Assembly: GCA_963699655.1 (NCBI GenBank) | Contig: CAVOUV010000016.1 | Coordinates: forward strand, 8,338-72,337 | Length of the DNA: 64,000 nucleotides | Reading direction: 5' to 3' | Source of the DNA: an uncultured Actinomycetota bacterium | GTDB taxonomy: Bacteria; Actinomycetota; Actinomycetes; Mycobacteriales; Mycobacteriaceae | In this document: positions 1-12,279 of the stretch, piece by piece | Layout: every line of letters begins with the position of its first letter | How positions within the stretch are numbered: the first letter of the stretch is position 1 | Position numbers and translations under genes: made by a program | Notes under the pieces: model-generated | What the model saw: only the letters and a program-made list of their open reading frames with translations | Told to the model about the DNA's origin: nothing | Databases searched by the model: none

Positions 1-619
1 TCAGCATGTAGATGATGCTGGAGGCGCGTTCGAGCCGGGTGAGTTCATCCAACGAAAGGCAGCCGCGTCCGACGGTCAGTGCGCTGCTGCTCATGAACGG
101 CAGCGCGCTGTCGGCGCTCCACGACTCCATCGGTGTCAAGGGCGCCGTCGCGGTCCGCTCCCCGACCAACGTCAGCGCCGTGCCCGCCAGAGCCGCCAGA
201 TCACCGGTTCCGATGGACGCGTACTGCAGCAGTTCGGGCAGGGCATCGTCGTTGAGCATCCGCTCGAGCCCCGCCAGGATCCTGGGGTCGAGGCCGGCGC
301 CCGGCACGCACAGTTGCACGAGTCGGGCCGCCAGCATCGCCCGGACCGTTCTGTCCTGGAGCGGATCGCCGGCATCGACGGCGTGGCTGCGCAGCAGTCG
401 CATCCCGTACTCCGGGTCGTCCGCCGACACCGGCGTGATGCGGTTCGCGCCCACCCCGGTGGTCCGACCGTAGGTGGGGAATCGCGCGCTGAGATCGGCG
501 GCAAGTTTGTGCGCATTGCCGACCGCCTCGATGACCGCCGGTGAAACCGAGACCTGGTCACGACGATCCGCAAGCGTCACGACGTCGGAGATCCGGCCGG
601 TTCCGGCCAACTCAATCAT
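1..619 (-). CDS. Histidine ammonia-lyase-like aromatic amino acid lyase (N-terminal part; runs off window), non-canonical MIO loop
   Basis: Hand translation from ATG at 619 (RBS GAGGAG upstream): MIELAGTGRISDVVTLADRR...TYGRTTGVGANR...LLRSHAVDAG...YASIGTGDLAAL...ALPFMSSSA. The YG-x-x-TG-x-G and SH motifs of the HAL/PAL family are present. Absent from the ORF track because there is no stop in the window. Confidence 0.85.
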   Translation of the reverse strand, partial: MIELAGTGRISDVVTLADRRDQVSVSPAVIEAVGNAHKLAADLSARFPTYGRTTGVGANRITPVSADDPEYGMRLLRSHAVDAGDPLQDRTVRAMLAARLVQLCVPGAGLDPRILAGLERMLNDDALPELLQYASIGTGDLAALAGTALTLVGERTATAPLTPMESWSADSALPFMSSSALTVGRGCLSLDELTRLERASSIIYML

Positions 620-692
620 GAAAATTCTCCTCGATCTCTATCGCCGACGAGCGGCAGGCTCTATCCTCTCTCCATATCCGAGGATTTCGCTA

Positions 693-712
693 GATGAAAA
701 TCGATTTTTATC
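693..712. promoter_or_regulatory. AT-rich palindrome, candidate operator of the adjacent IclR regulator
   Basis: GATGAAAATCGATTTTTATC is a 20-bp palindrome with one mismatched pair, in the divergent lyase/IclR intergenic region. Confidence 0.5.
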
Positions 713-736
713 CAGCGGCAATCCGGAGAGGACGTC

Positions 737-1423
737 ATGGTGGCCGAGCCGTCCACCCGAACCGTGGAACGCGCGCTGGCGTTGCTCGCAACGATCTGCG
801 AGCGCGGCGGCGGCGTGAATCTGGCCGACAGTGCACGGGAATGCGACCTGGCGCCCAGCACCGCCCTTCGCCTGCTGCGCACGCTGGAAACCACGGGGTT
901 CGTCACCAGGGAAGATGTCGGAACGTACCGGCCCGGAAGCCGCATCATCCAGCTCGGCGCCCAGGCTTTGAGCAACGAGTCGCTGGTGTCCATCGCCAGG
1001 CCGGCGATGGAGAATCTGGTGGCGGCGACGGGTGAGTCCGCCTACCTCAGCGTCGAAGGACACCGTGCCACGGCGCTGTACATCAGCATCGTCGAGGGAA
1101 CCCACTCGGTCCGGCACACCAGCTGGGTCGGACGAACCGTTCCGCTCGACGCCTCCGCCGCCGGCCACGCGCTGCGGGGTGAGGTCTCGGACAAGGGGTA
1201 CATCGTGATCAAGCGCGGTGTCGAGGCCGACGTCACCGCGATCGCCAGCCCGGTGTACTCCCAAGCCCGAATCGTCGCGGCGATGAGCCTCGTCATTCCC
1301 ACCTATCGGCTCACGGCGTCGGAGACCAAGCGATACGGCAAGATGCTGGTCTCTGCCGCGGCGGGTACTTCCGCCCAGCTCAGTCGCCCCGCCAGTCGCA
1401 GCCTTCCGGAAAGGCAGTCATGA
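737..1423 (+). CDS. IclR family transcriptional regulator
   Basis: N-terminal HTH (TVERALALL...LAPSTALRLLRTL), IclR C-terminal effector domain (GESAYLSV, VGRTVPLDASAAG). Confidence 0.9.
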   Translation: MVAEPSTRTVERALALLATICERGGGVNLADSARECDLAPSTALRLLRTLETTGFVTREDVGTYRPGSRIIQLGAQALSNESLVSIARPAMENLVAATGESAYLSVEGHRATALYISIVEGTHSVRHTSWVGRTVPLDASAAGHALRGEVSDKGYIVIKRGVEADVTAIASPVYSQARIVAAMSLVIPTYRLTASETKRYGKMLVSAAAGTSAQLSRPASRSLPERQS

Positions 1424-2562
1424 TCACATTCGACAAGGTTTCCAAGGTCTATCCCGACGGGACCGTCGCCGTCGACCAGCTGACGCTGACCGCACCGAAG
1501 GGAAAGATCACCACACTGGTCGGCCCGTCGGGCTGCGGCAAGACGACCTCGATGCGGATGATCAACCGCCTGATCGAGCCGACATCGGGCACGATCGAAC
1601 TCGACGGAGTCGACACCCAGACCCTCGACAGGGTCGCCCTGCGCCGCCGGATCGGCTACGTCATCCAGAACGCCGGGCTGTTTCCCCACCGCACCGTGGT
1701 GGACAACGTGGCCGCCCTGCCGCGACTGCTCGGCGGCAAGAAGAAGGAATCACGTTCGGCAGCAATGGAGCTCCTGGAGCGTGTCGGCCTCGACGCCAAG
1801 TTCGCCGGCCGGTATCCCTGGCAGCTCTCGGGTGGTCAGCAGCAGCGGGTCGGCGTCGCGCGCGCGTTGGCGACCGATCCACCCTTCCTGTTGATGGACG
1901 AACCGTTCAGCGCCGTCGACCCGATCGTCCGAAGTCAGTTGCAGGATGAATTCCTGCGCCTGCAGGCCGATATCTCCAAGACCATCGTGATGGTCACCCA
2001 TGACATCGACGAGGCCCTCAAGCTGGGCGATCAAGTCGTCGTGCTGCGGGAGGGCGGCACCCTTGCGCAGGCGGCCACTCCCGCCGAGCTGCTCGCGGCG
2101 CCGAACGACGCATTCGTGGCCGACTTCGTCGGATCCGCACGGGGTTATCGAGCGCTGGGGTTCCACCGTTCTGACAGCCAGCTCGAGCTCACCGATGAGC
2201 CGACGATCACTGTGGGACAGGCCGTATCCGAGATCCCGGCGGCCCACGGACGGTGGGTCCTGGCGGTCGACGCGAGTCGCGCACCGATCGGATGGGTCGA
2301 CACCGAGGCCGTCAACGGTGACCAGGTGCAGGACGGCGACGTCAACCTCAGCGGCACATCGGCCGGCCGGGACGATCCCCTGCGTGACCTGCTCAACTCC
2401 GCATTGTCGAGCCCGAGCGGACGCTGTGTGATCACCGACGACTCCGGAGCGTTGCTCGGTACCGCCACCGATCACGACATCATCGACGCCATCAGGCGCG
2501 CCAAGGAAGCAGGGTCGGGCGGCGGGCAGGAGCAGAGCGACCGGGGAGTCAAAACGGCATGA
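1420..2562 (+). CDS. ABC transporter ATP-binding protein, osmoprotectant/quaternary-amine (OpuA/ProV/OsmV-like) family
   Basis: Walker A GPSGCGKT, LSGGQQQR signature, LLMDEPFSAVDP, VTHDIDEA; C-terminal CBS-like extension. Confidence 0.92.
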   Translation: MITFDKVSKVYPDGTVAVDQLTLTAPKGKITTLVGPSGCGKTTSMRMINRLIEPTSGTIELDGVDTQTLDRVALRRRIGYVIQNAGLFPHRTVVDNVAALPRLLGGKKKESRSAAMELLERVGLDAKFAGRYPWQLSGGQQQRVGVARALATDPPFLLMDEPFSAVDPIVRSQLQDEFLRLQADISKTIVMVTHDIDEALKLGDQVVVLREGGTLAQAATPAELLAAPNDAFVADFVGSARGYRALGFHRSDSQLELTDEPTITVGQAVSEIPAAHGRWVLAVDASRAPIGWVDTEAVNGDQVQDGDVNLSGTSAGRDDPLRDLLNSALSSPSGRCVITDDSGALLGTATDHDIIDAIRRAKEAGSGGGQEQSDRGVKTA

Positions 2563-3203
2563 ACTGGATCTCGTCGAATATCGATCGCATCGTGGAGCTG
2601 ACCATCAGCCACATCTGGCTGACGTTGGCGCCCACGGTTCTCGGCCTGCTCATCGCTCTGCCGCTGGGGTGGTGGGCGCACCGCTCGGGGAAGGGGTACG
2701 CGGCGATCGTGGGGACGGCCGGTCTGCTGTACACCATCCCCTCGCTTGCGCTGTTCATCATCCTGCCCGCGATCCTCGGGACGAAAATCCTCGACCCGAT
2801 CAACATCGTTGTCGCGCTGACGCTTTACACCCTGGCCTTGTTGGTCCGCGTGGTGGCGGACGGCCTCAGCTCGGTGCCGCACGACACCGTTGCCGCCGCC
2901 GAGGCGATGGGATACCGCGGCTGGCAGCGACTTGTGCTGGTCGAGTTGCCCGTCGCCGTGCCCGTGATCGCGGCCGGTCTGCGGGTCGCGGTGGTGTCGA
3001 ACGTCAGCATCGTGACCATGGCCGCCCTGCTGGGAATCCCCCAGCTCGGGTCGCTGTTCACGCAGGGCTTTCAGTTGCGGCTCTACGTTCCGCTTGTCAC
3101 GGGCGTCGTGCTGTGCGTCGTGCTCGCCGTCGTCTTCGACGGCCTGATCATCTGGCTGAACAAACTGCTCACCCCTTGGCGGCAAAGGACGGTCACCTCG
3201 TGA
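2559..3203 (+). CDS. ABC transporter permease (Opu/ProW family)
   Basis: Hydrophobic; LYTIPSLALF and AAEAMG...VELPVAVPVIAAGLRVA EAA-loop motifs. Confidence 0.9.
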   Translation: MNWISSNIDRIVELTISHIWLTLAPTVLGLLIALPLGWWAHRSGKGYAAIVGTAGLLYTIPSLALFIILPAILGTKILDPINIVVALTLYTLALLVRVVADGLSSVPHDTVAAAEAMGYRGWQRLVLVELPVAVPVIAAGLRVAVVSNVSIVTMAALLGIPQLGSLFTQGFQLRLYVPLVTGVVLCVVLAVVFDGLIIWLNKLLTPWRQRTVTS

Positions 3204-3928
3204 ACATCCTCGGCTGGTTCACCGATCCGACCAACTGGACGAGTTCGGACGGCATCCCCACCCAGATCGGCTACCACCTCCTGTATTCGGGCGTCGCACT
3301 GCTGCTCGCGCTGGCGATCGGGGTTCCGCTGGGCATCTTCATCGGCTACACCGGCAGAGGCGAAGCACTGGTCGCCGGCCTCGCCAACGCGTTGCGGGCG
3401 CTGCCGTCGCTGGGGCTGCTGGTGCTGCTCTTTCTGGTCATCTCACCGGTCGTCAGCGGCCAGTTCGTCTACGTGCTGCCGACCATCGTTGTGCTTGTCC
3501 TGCTGGCGGTTCCGCCGATCCTCACCGGCACGTACGCCGGTATTCAGAGTGCCGATCCCGACGCTGTGGGGGCCGCCCGCGGAATGGGCTTCACCAAACG
3601 TCAGATTCTGCTCCGAGTTCAACTTCCCTGTGCCCTCCCCCTGATGATCTCCGGGGTCAGGAGCTCGACCCTTCAGATCGTTTCGACGGCCACCATCGCC
3701 GCGTATCTGGGGCTGCAGGGCCTCGGCCGATTCATCCTCGACGGCCGGGCACAGGCGAACTTCGCCGAAATGGCAGGCGGCGCAGTCCTCGTCGCGGTCC
3801 TCGCCATCGTCCTCGAGGTCAGCTTCGCCTGGCTGGGGCGAATCGTCGTGTCGCCCGGGCTACGGCGGGTGGCCTCGAAATCCAGCACACCGTTGGCCAC
3901 CGCGGTCGTCGAGCCGGCCACCACCTAG
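3200..3928 (+). CDS. ABC transporter permease (Opu/ProW family), second subunit
   Basis: GTG start overlapping the upstream stop; ANALRALPSLG and AARGMG...VQLPCALPLMISGVRS. Confidence 0.88.
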   Translation: MNILGWFTDPTNWTSSDGIPTQIGYHLLYSGVALLLALAIGVPLGIFIGYTGRGEALVAGLANALRALPSLGLLVLLFLVISPVVSGQFVYVLPTIVVLVLLAVPPILTGTYAGIQSADPDAVGAARGMGFTKRQILLRVQLPCALPLMISGVRSSTLQIVSTATIAAYLGLQGLGRFILDGRAQANFAEMAGGAVLVAVLAIVLEVSFAWLGRIVVSPGLRRVASKSSTPLATAVVEPATT

Positions 3929-3966
3929 GTGCCGACGGCGCCGACCATCACATCAGGAGAAACACC

Positions 3967-4893
3967 ATGAAGAAACGCACGATTCTCTCGGCCCTGGCAG
4001 TCACCTCGGTTCTCGCGTTGTCGGCGTGCGGTGGCGGCGGCAGCAACGATCCGCTCTCCGGGGGCGGGGACAACAAGGGGTCGTCGGGCTCCGAGGTCAT
4101 CGTCGGCTCCGCGGACTTCACCGAAAGTCAGCTGATTGCCAGCATCTATTCGCAGGCGCTGCAGGCCAACGGCCTCAGCGTCAAGGAACAGTTCAACATC
4201 GGCAGCCGGGAGGTCTACATCGCGGCGCTCAAGGACGGCTCGATCGATCTGGTGCCCGAATACACGGGCGCGTTCCTGAGCTACCTCGATCCGAAGTCGA
4301 CCGCCGCGACACCGCAGGCCGTGCAGAGCGAACTCGCGACGAAGCTGCCCGAAGGCACGTCGATACTGACGCCGTCGCCGGCCGAGGACAAGGATGTCGT
4401 CGCCGTCACACAGGCCACCGCCGACAAGTACAAGCTGAAGACCATCTCGGACCTGAAGACGGTCGCCGGCGAACTGGTGCTCGGCGGCCCACCGGAATGG
4501 AAGACACGCACCCAGGGCGTCGTCGGCCTGCGTGACATCTACGGGCTCAATTTCAAGGATTTCGTCAGCCTCGATGCGGGCGGCACCTTGACGATGACGG
4601 CGCTGACCAACGGTCAGATTCAGGCCGGCGACCTGTTCAGCACCGATCCGGGCCTGCGTTCCAACCATCTTGTCGCCCTTGAGGATGACAAGAACCTGTT
4701 CGCCGCGGAGAACGTCGTTCCCCTGATCAAGACGGCCAAGCAGAACGACACCATCACCAAGACGCTCAATGACGTGTCGGCCAAGCTCACCACCGACGAC
4801 CTGATCTCGATGAATGCCGAGGCCGCGACCGGGGCGAATCTTTCCGATATCGCCAAGAAGTGGCTGGCGAACGCCGGCATCGGCAAGAGCTGA
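3967..4893 (+). CDS. ABC transporter substrate-binding lipoprotein (OpuAC/OsmF/ProX-like family)
   Basis: Lipobox LSAC; [21 protein letters not shown] motifs. Confidence 0.9.
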   Translation: MKKRTILSALAVTSVLALSACGGGGSNDPLSGGGDNKGSSGSEVIVGSADFTESQLIASIYSQALQANGLSVKEQFNIGSREVYIAALKDGSIDLVPEYTGAFLSYLDPKSTAATPQAVQSELATKLPEGTSILTPSPAEDKDVVAVTQATADKYKLKTISDLKTVAGELVLGGPPEWKTRTQGVVGLRDIYGLNFKDFVSLDAGGTLTMTALTNGQIQAGDLFSTDPGLRSNHLVALEDDKNLFAAENVVPLIKTAKQNDTITKTLNDVSAKLTTDDLISMNAEAATGANLSDIAKKWLANAGIGKS

Positions 4894-4928
4894 ACCCACG
4901 CCCACCCGTCAAAAGGATTTCACGAATC

Positions 4929-6610
<1,682 letters not shown>

Positions 6611-6614
<4 letters not shown>

Positions 6615-7837
6615 CGGCGTTCGACACGCTATGGCCGACCATATTGGACGTCGGCAGAAACGCGGGCACCGGTGGCTACCGCCGGTACGCGTGGTCGGAC
6701 GCCGACCTGACACTGCGGGACTGGTTCATCGGGTGTGCCGAGGACCGTGGCATGGATGTCGACATCGATCGCAACGGCAATCTCTGGGCCTGGTGGATGC
6801 CGCCGGGCTGGACCGGAGACCCGCGCGACGCGTTCGTCACCGGTTCACACCTGGACTCCGTCCCCGACGGCGGAGCCTTCGACGGACCCCTCGGCGTGGT
6901 GTCGGCGTTCGCGGCCATCGACATGGTCCGGCAGCGGGGTGTGGTCCCGGCCATCCCGGTCGCGGTGGCCGCGTTTTCCGACGAGGAAGGCGCACGCTTC
7001 GGCGTCGCGTGCGTGGGGTCGCAACTGTCGACCGGCGCGCTGAGTCCCGAGCGGGCCCGCGGACTGCGTGATATCGACGGAATCACGCTGGCGGAAGCGC
7101 TCATTCGGGTCGGACGCGATCCCGACCACCTGGGCGCGGACCCCCACCTGGGCGACCGCGTCGGCGTGTTCGTCGAACTCCACGTGGAACAGGGCCGGGC
7201 GCTGGATCTGGTGGGCGCGCCGGTCGCCGTCGCATCGTCGATCTGGCCCCACGGGCGGTGGGAGTTCGCGTTCGGCGGTGAGGCCAACCACGCCGGGTCG
7301 ACCCGTCTGGTCGACCGCCGCGATCCCATGCTCGCTTTTGCGTCGTCGGTCCATTCGGCCCGGGCCGAGGCGGCCGCACACCAAGCGGTCGCGACATTCG
7401 GCAAGGTCATCGTGTCGCCCAACGGCGCCAACGCCATCCCGTCGCAGATCCGTGCCTGGCTCGATGCCAGGGCGGCCGATGAGGCCACCCTCACGTCGTT
7501 GGTCAACAAGATCACCGCCGAGGCGCAACGCCACGCGGCGACCGATTCCATCACCCTCGACGTCACCGCGGAATCGATCACTCCGGTCGTCGACTTCCCG
7601 GAAGGCCCCCGCGCCCGCCTGACGAAGTCTCTGCACCGTCTCGGCGACATACCGGTGCTTCCCACTGCCGCGGGGCACGACGCCGGCATCCTGTCCGCGC
7701 GGGTGCCGACGGCAATGCTGTTCATCCGCAACCCGACCGGTGTCTCGCACTCACCCGATGAACACGCGGAAATGACCGACTGCAACGAGGGAGCGGCCGC
7801 GCTGGCCGACATCATGGCCGACTGGATCTCGCCGTGA
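6611..7837 (+). CDS. M20-family Zn amidohydrolase (allantoate amidohydrolase-like), probable formylglutamate deformylase role
   Basis: [47 protein letters not shown]; lies between hutU and hutF. Confidence 0.85.
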
Positions 7838-9210
7838 CGAACACGACGGACTGGTGGTGCGAGCACGCCTGGCTCGGGGGAGACAGAGTCGATGCCGGCG
7901 TGCTGATGTCGGTGGCGGGCGGCCAGATCACCTCGATACGCGCCGGCGCCGCACCGGATCCGGCCTCGAATCGACTGTACGGCCTCGTGATACCAGGAAT
8001 GGGCAATGCGCATTCGCATGCCTTCCACCGGGCGCTGCGGGCGCGGACGCAACGCGATCGCGGATCGTTCTGGACATGGCGAAACCTGATGTACCGGGCG
8101 GCGGACCGACTCGATCCGGACAGGTACCGACTGCTGGCGACGGGGGTCTATGCCGAGATGGTCCTCGCGGGCATCACCGCGGTCGGTGAATTCCACTACC
8201 TGCATCACGATGCGGGCGGACGGCACTATTCCGATCCGAATGCGATGGGCCACGCGCTGATTGACGGGGCTGCCGCCGCCGGACTGCGTCTGACCCTGCT
8301 CGATACGTGTTATCTCAGTTCCGCGCCCGACGGCACGCCGCTGCAGGACGGACCTCAGCGGCGTTTCGGCGACGGCACGGCGACGGGCTGGGCGGAACGT
8401 GTCGAGGCGCTGCATCAGCAGACCCACAGCCCGGACGTGCTGATCGGTGCGGCAATTCATTCCGTGAGAGGGGTTCCGGCGGCACAGATGCCCGCGGTCG
8501 TCGAGTGGGCCGACGCGCACCAGGCGCCTCTGCACGTTCATTCTTCGGAGCAGAGGGCCGAAATCGAGCAGTGCATCGCCGCCTACGGACGCACGCCCAC
8601 GGCCGTCCTCAAGGACGCCGGTGTGCTCGGACCACGGACCACCGCCGTGCACGCGACGCATCTGACGTCTGAAGACATCGGCGTTCTCGACGGAACCGCC
8701 ACGGGCGTGTGCTTCTGCCCGACGACGGAAAGAGACCTCGGAGACGGAATCGGCCCGGCACCGGCCCTGCTGCAGACAACGGGGTTGTTCAGCCTGGGAT
8801 CGGACAGTCACGCCGTGATCGACTTGTTCGAGGAGTCACGCGCCGTCGAACTCGACGAGCGTCTCGCCCGCGAGGAGCGTGGCGTCATCGAGGCCGCAAC
8901 GCTGCTGGACGCGGCGACTGCGGGTGGGCAACATGCGCTCGGCTGGACCGATGCGGGGCAGTTCCGCGTGGGGGCCCGGGCGGATTTCGTGGCGGTCGAT
9001 CTGAACTCCGTACGCACGGCGGGGGGAGGAGCGACCGTGGAGACGGTGGTGTTCGCGGCCTCGGCCGGTGATGTCACCGATGTCGTGGTCGGCGGTCGGA
9101 CCGTGGTGGCCGACCGCAGGCATGTCCGCGTCGACGCGGTCGCCGATCTGGGCGCCGCGATCACCGATCTGATGGGGGTGCGACCCGAAGTGCTGCAGGC
9201 CAATCCATGA
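7834..9210 (+). CDS. hutF: Formimidoylglutamate deiminase
   Basis: [48 protein letters not shown]. Confidence 0.93.
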   Translation: MTNTTDWWCEHAWLGGDRVDAGVLMSVAGGQITSIRAGAAPDPASNRLYGLVIPGMGNAHSHAFHRALRARTQRDRGSFWTWRNLMYRAADRLDPDRYRLLATGVYAEMVLAGITAVGEFHYLHHDAGGRHYSDPNAMGHALIDGAAAAGLRLTLLDTCYLSSAPDGTPLQDGPQRRFGDGTATGWAERVEALHQQTHSPDVLIGAAIHSVRGVPAAQMPAVVEWADAHQAPLHVHSSEQRAEIEQCIAAYGRTPTAVLKDAGVLGPRTTAVHATHLTSEDIGVLDGTATGVCFCPTTERDLGDGIGPAPALLQTTGLFSLGSDSHAVIDLFEESRAVELDERLAREERGVIEAATLLDAATAGGQHALGWTDAGQFRVGARADFVAVDLNSVRTAGGGATVETVVFAASAGDVTDVVVGGRTVVADRRHVRVDAVADLGAAITDLMGVRPEVLQANP

Positions 9211-10360
9211 GCAGGCTCTACTCAGGAATCACCGAACTGGTCACCAACGATCCCGGCCAGGGCGATGGCAGCGCGCTGGGCATCGTCGAGGACGGCGCTG
9301 TTCTCGTCGACGGCGACACCATCGCGTGGGTGGGGTCCCGGTCCGACGCACCCGCCGCCGACGAACGGGTGGACTTCGGCGGCGCGAGCGTCATCCCCGG
9401 CTTCGTCGACAGCCACGCGCATCTGGTGTTCGCCGGTGAACGGTCGGCCGAGTTCGCCGCACGGATGAGCGGCCGGCCGTATGCGGCGGGCGGAATCGCC
9501 ACCACCGTGGCTGCCACCCGCGCCGCCGACGACACCACGTTGGCCGCCGGCGTCGAGCGCCTTGCGGCAGAACTCCTGCGAGCGGGCGTCACCACGTTCG
9601 AAACGAAGAGCGGATACGGGCTGACCGTCGAGGACGAGGCGCGCTCGCTGGCCGTTGCGCACCAGTTCACCAGTGAGACGACATTTCTCGGCGCCCATGT
9701 GGTGCCTGCCGAGTTCCGCGACGACCGTGGAGCCTACGTCGATCTGGTCACCGGCCCGATGCTGGCCGCGTGCGCGCCGTTCGCCCGCTGGATCGACGTC
9801 TTCTGTGACCGTGGCGCTTTCGACGTCGACGAAACCAGGGTCATCCTCGCCGCGGGTATCGCCGCCGGCCTGCAGGCCCGTGTGCACGCCGGGCAACTGG
9901 GGCCCAGCGGCGGGATTGCGCTGGCGGTCGAACTCGGAGCCGCATCGGTGGACCACTGCACATACGCCTCCGACGACGACATCGAGGCGCTGGCGTCGAG
10001 TGCCACGGTCGCCACGCTGCTGCCCGGCGCAGAATTCTCCACCAGGGCACAATGGCCGGACGCGCGCCGGATGATCGACGCCGGCGTCACCGTCGCGATC
10101 GCGACCGACTGCAACCCGGGCAGTTCGTTCACCACGAGCATGCCGTTCTGCATCGCGGTTGCGGTCAGGGACATGGGATTCACGCCGGCACAGGCCCTCT
10201 GGTCGGCGACGGCCGGTGGTGCCGCCGCGCTCCGGCGCGACGATGTCGGGGTGCTTGTCGCCGGGTAAACGGGCCGACCTGGTGTGCCTCGACGCGCCCT
10301 CCTACGTCCATCTGGCGTATCGGCCGGGGGTTCCGCTGGTGCGTGATATCGTCGTCGGCG
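9207..10360 (+). CDS. hutI: Imidazolonepropionase (frameshift near 10260; as read the ORF stops at 10268; end approximate)
   Basis: [36 protein letters not shown]; the expected C-terminus [22 protein letters not shown] lies in another frame after 10260. Confidence 0.9.
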
Positions 10361-10377
10361 GTGAGCCGGCCCCGAGC

Positions 10378-11319
10378 CTAGAAGACCTCGGATTCGAGCC
10401 GGCGCAGGTGCTCTCGCGGCGATCCGAGCAGCTGTGCCGCGCCGTGCGCGCGCTTGAAGTACAGCTGGATGTCGTGCTCCCAGGTGATCGCGATGCCCCC
10501 GTGCAGCTGGACCGCATCGGCCGCCACCGCCGAGAACGCCTCGCTGGCGGCGACTCTGGCCAGTGACGCCGACGTCACCGTCGGCTCGGCGATCGCCGCA
10601 TCGACCACCGCCCGTGCGGATTGCACGGCCACGTAGAGATCGGCCATCCGGTGCTTGAGTGCCTGGAAGCTGCCGATGGGCCTGCCGAACTGGACACGGT
10701 CTTTGGTGTACTGGACGGTCAGATCGAGGCATTTCGTCGCGGTCCCGACCTGTTCGGCCGCAAGAAGGATGGCGGCGGTGTCGGCGAGACCGGGATCGGG
10801 GCCGATCATCGCGGTGTTCTGTGGCTCGATCCGGGCCAGCCGGCGCGTCAGATCCATCGTCTGGGCCGCGTGCGCCGTAAAAGTCGTCCAGCGCGTCAGC
10901 GTCTCGCCGTCGGCGGCGACGACGATATCGGCGATGTCACCGTTGACCACGTACCGCGGGTCGAACACCACGGCCCCGATCGCTGCCCCCTCCGCAAGGC
11001 TGGCCAACGCCTCGGTATCGACCTCGTCGGCGGCGAGCAGGGCGAGTTGGGCGAGCGTCGTGCCCAGCAACGGCGTGGGCACCAACGCCTTGCCGAGCTC
11101 TTCGAGAACGACTGCCGCGTCGGCCAGTTCGCCGCCGGCGCCGCCCAACTCCTCGGGCACCACCAGGGCCGCCGCGCCGACCTGTTCGCACAGCAACTTC
11201 CACAGGGACTCGTCATAGCCGCGCTCGGACACCATCGCCTCGCGCACCGCGGCGGGCGTCGCGTGCTTCTCGACCAGCGCCGCCACGGTGTCGCGCAGCA
11301 GTTGCCGTTCTTCTGTCAT
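10378..11319 (-). CDS. fadE33: Acyl-CoA dehydrogenase FadE33/IpdE2
   Basis: [33 protein letters not shown]; synteny with the Rv3561-Rv3564 block. Confidence 0.88.
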   Translation of the reverse strand: MTEERQLLRDTVAALVEKHATPAAVREAMVSERGYDESLWKLLCEQVGAAALVVPEELGGAGGELADAAVVLEELGKALVPTPLLGTTLAQLALLAADEVDTEALASLAEGAAIGAVVFDPRYVVNGDIADIVVAADGETLTRWTTFTAHAAQTMDLTRRLARIEPQNTAMIGPDPGLADTAAILLAAEQVGTATKCLDLTVQYTKDRVQFGRPIGSFQALKHRMADLYVAVQSARAVVDAAIAEPTVTSASLARVAASEAFSAVAADAVQLHGGIAITWEHDIQLYFKRAHGAAQLLGSPREHLRRLESEVF

Positions 11320-12272
11320 CACAAAGCCTCCAGGAGCCGTCGTCGATGCAGCGCCGGATCCCCCCACGCCGACCGCAGGGCCTGCACCCGCAGCAGCAGC
11401 AACGACATGTCGTGCTCCTGGGTGAATCCGATTGCGCCGTGCGTCTGCAGGGCCGAACGTGCGGCGAGCAACGCGGCGTCGGCCGCTGCGACCTTGGCGG
11501 CGCTGATATCCCGCGCGGTGTCGGGTGAGCGGTCGGCGAGTGACAGGGCGGCTCCGTACACCAGCGGCCGCGCCAACTCGACCGCGATGTGCACGTCGGC
11601 GAGCGTGTGCTTGATCGCCTGATAGGTGCCGATCACCTTTCCGAACTGGGTGCGTTGCTTGGCATATTCGACCGACGCGTCCAACAGGGCCTGACCCGCA
11701 CCGACCAGCTGCGCGGCGGTGGCGAGCACCCCGAACTCGTAGGCACGCGCCACATCGGCTTCACGCGCCTCGCCGGACGCGGTGACGTCGAACAGCTTTC
11801 GGCTGGGATCGACCGACTCGTGCCGGTCGCCGGCGGTGCCCTCACGCACGGTTCCGTCACCGGCCACCAGGATGAGGCCCGCGGTATCCGCGTCGACAGC
11901 GCGTGGGGCCCGCGGCGGCATCGCCACCGTGGCGATCAGTTCCCCGGCGGCCAGGGCCGCGCTGCGCTCGTCGTCGGCGAGCAGAACCGGTGCCACCGCA
12001 ATGGATTCGGCGACCGGACCGGGTACGCACCAGCGTCCCAGTCGTTCCACCGCCACGACCAGATCGACCGGGTGCGCATCGATGCCGTCGTGGCGCTCCG
12101 GCACGGCCAGTGCGGTGACACCGAGGTCGGCCAGCTGCGCCCACACTTTGCGGCCGGGAGCGGTGTCGCCGAGGGCCCACGCCCGGACCGCACCCGGCAC
12201 ATCGGCCGCGGCCAGTGCGGCGTCGATACTGGCCGCGAAGTCGCGCTGCTGGTCGTCGAGCTCGAAGTTCAT
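11319..12272 (-). CDS. fadE32: Acyl-CoA dehydrogenase FadE32
   Basis: MNFELDDQQRDFA start; RTQFGKVIGTYQAIKH, QTHGAIGFTQEHD; synteny. Confidence 0.88.
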   Translation of the reverse strand: MNFELDDQQRDFAASIDAALAAADVPGAVRAWALGDTAPGRKVWAQLADLGVTALAVPERHDGIDAHPVDLVVAVERLGRWCVPGPVAESIAVAPVLLADDERSAALAAGELIATVAMPPRAPRAVDADTAGLILVAGDGTVREGTAGDRHESVDPSRKLFDVTASGEAREADVARAYEFGVLATAAQLVGAGQALLDASVEYAKQRTQFGKVIGTYQAIKHTLADVHIAVELARPLVYGAALSLADRSPDTARDISAAKVAAADAALLAARSALQTHGAIGFTQEHDMSLLLLRVQALRSAWGDPALHRRRLLEAL

Positions 12273-12279
12273 GTCACCT

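Noticed and set aside
6676-8811. 711-aa minus-strand ORF
   Set aside because: Antisense shadow of the amidohydrolase and hutF in high-GC DNA; no recognisable motifs
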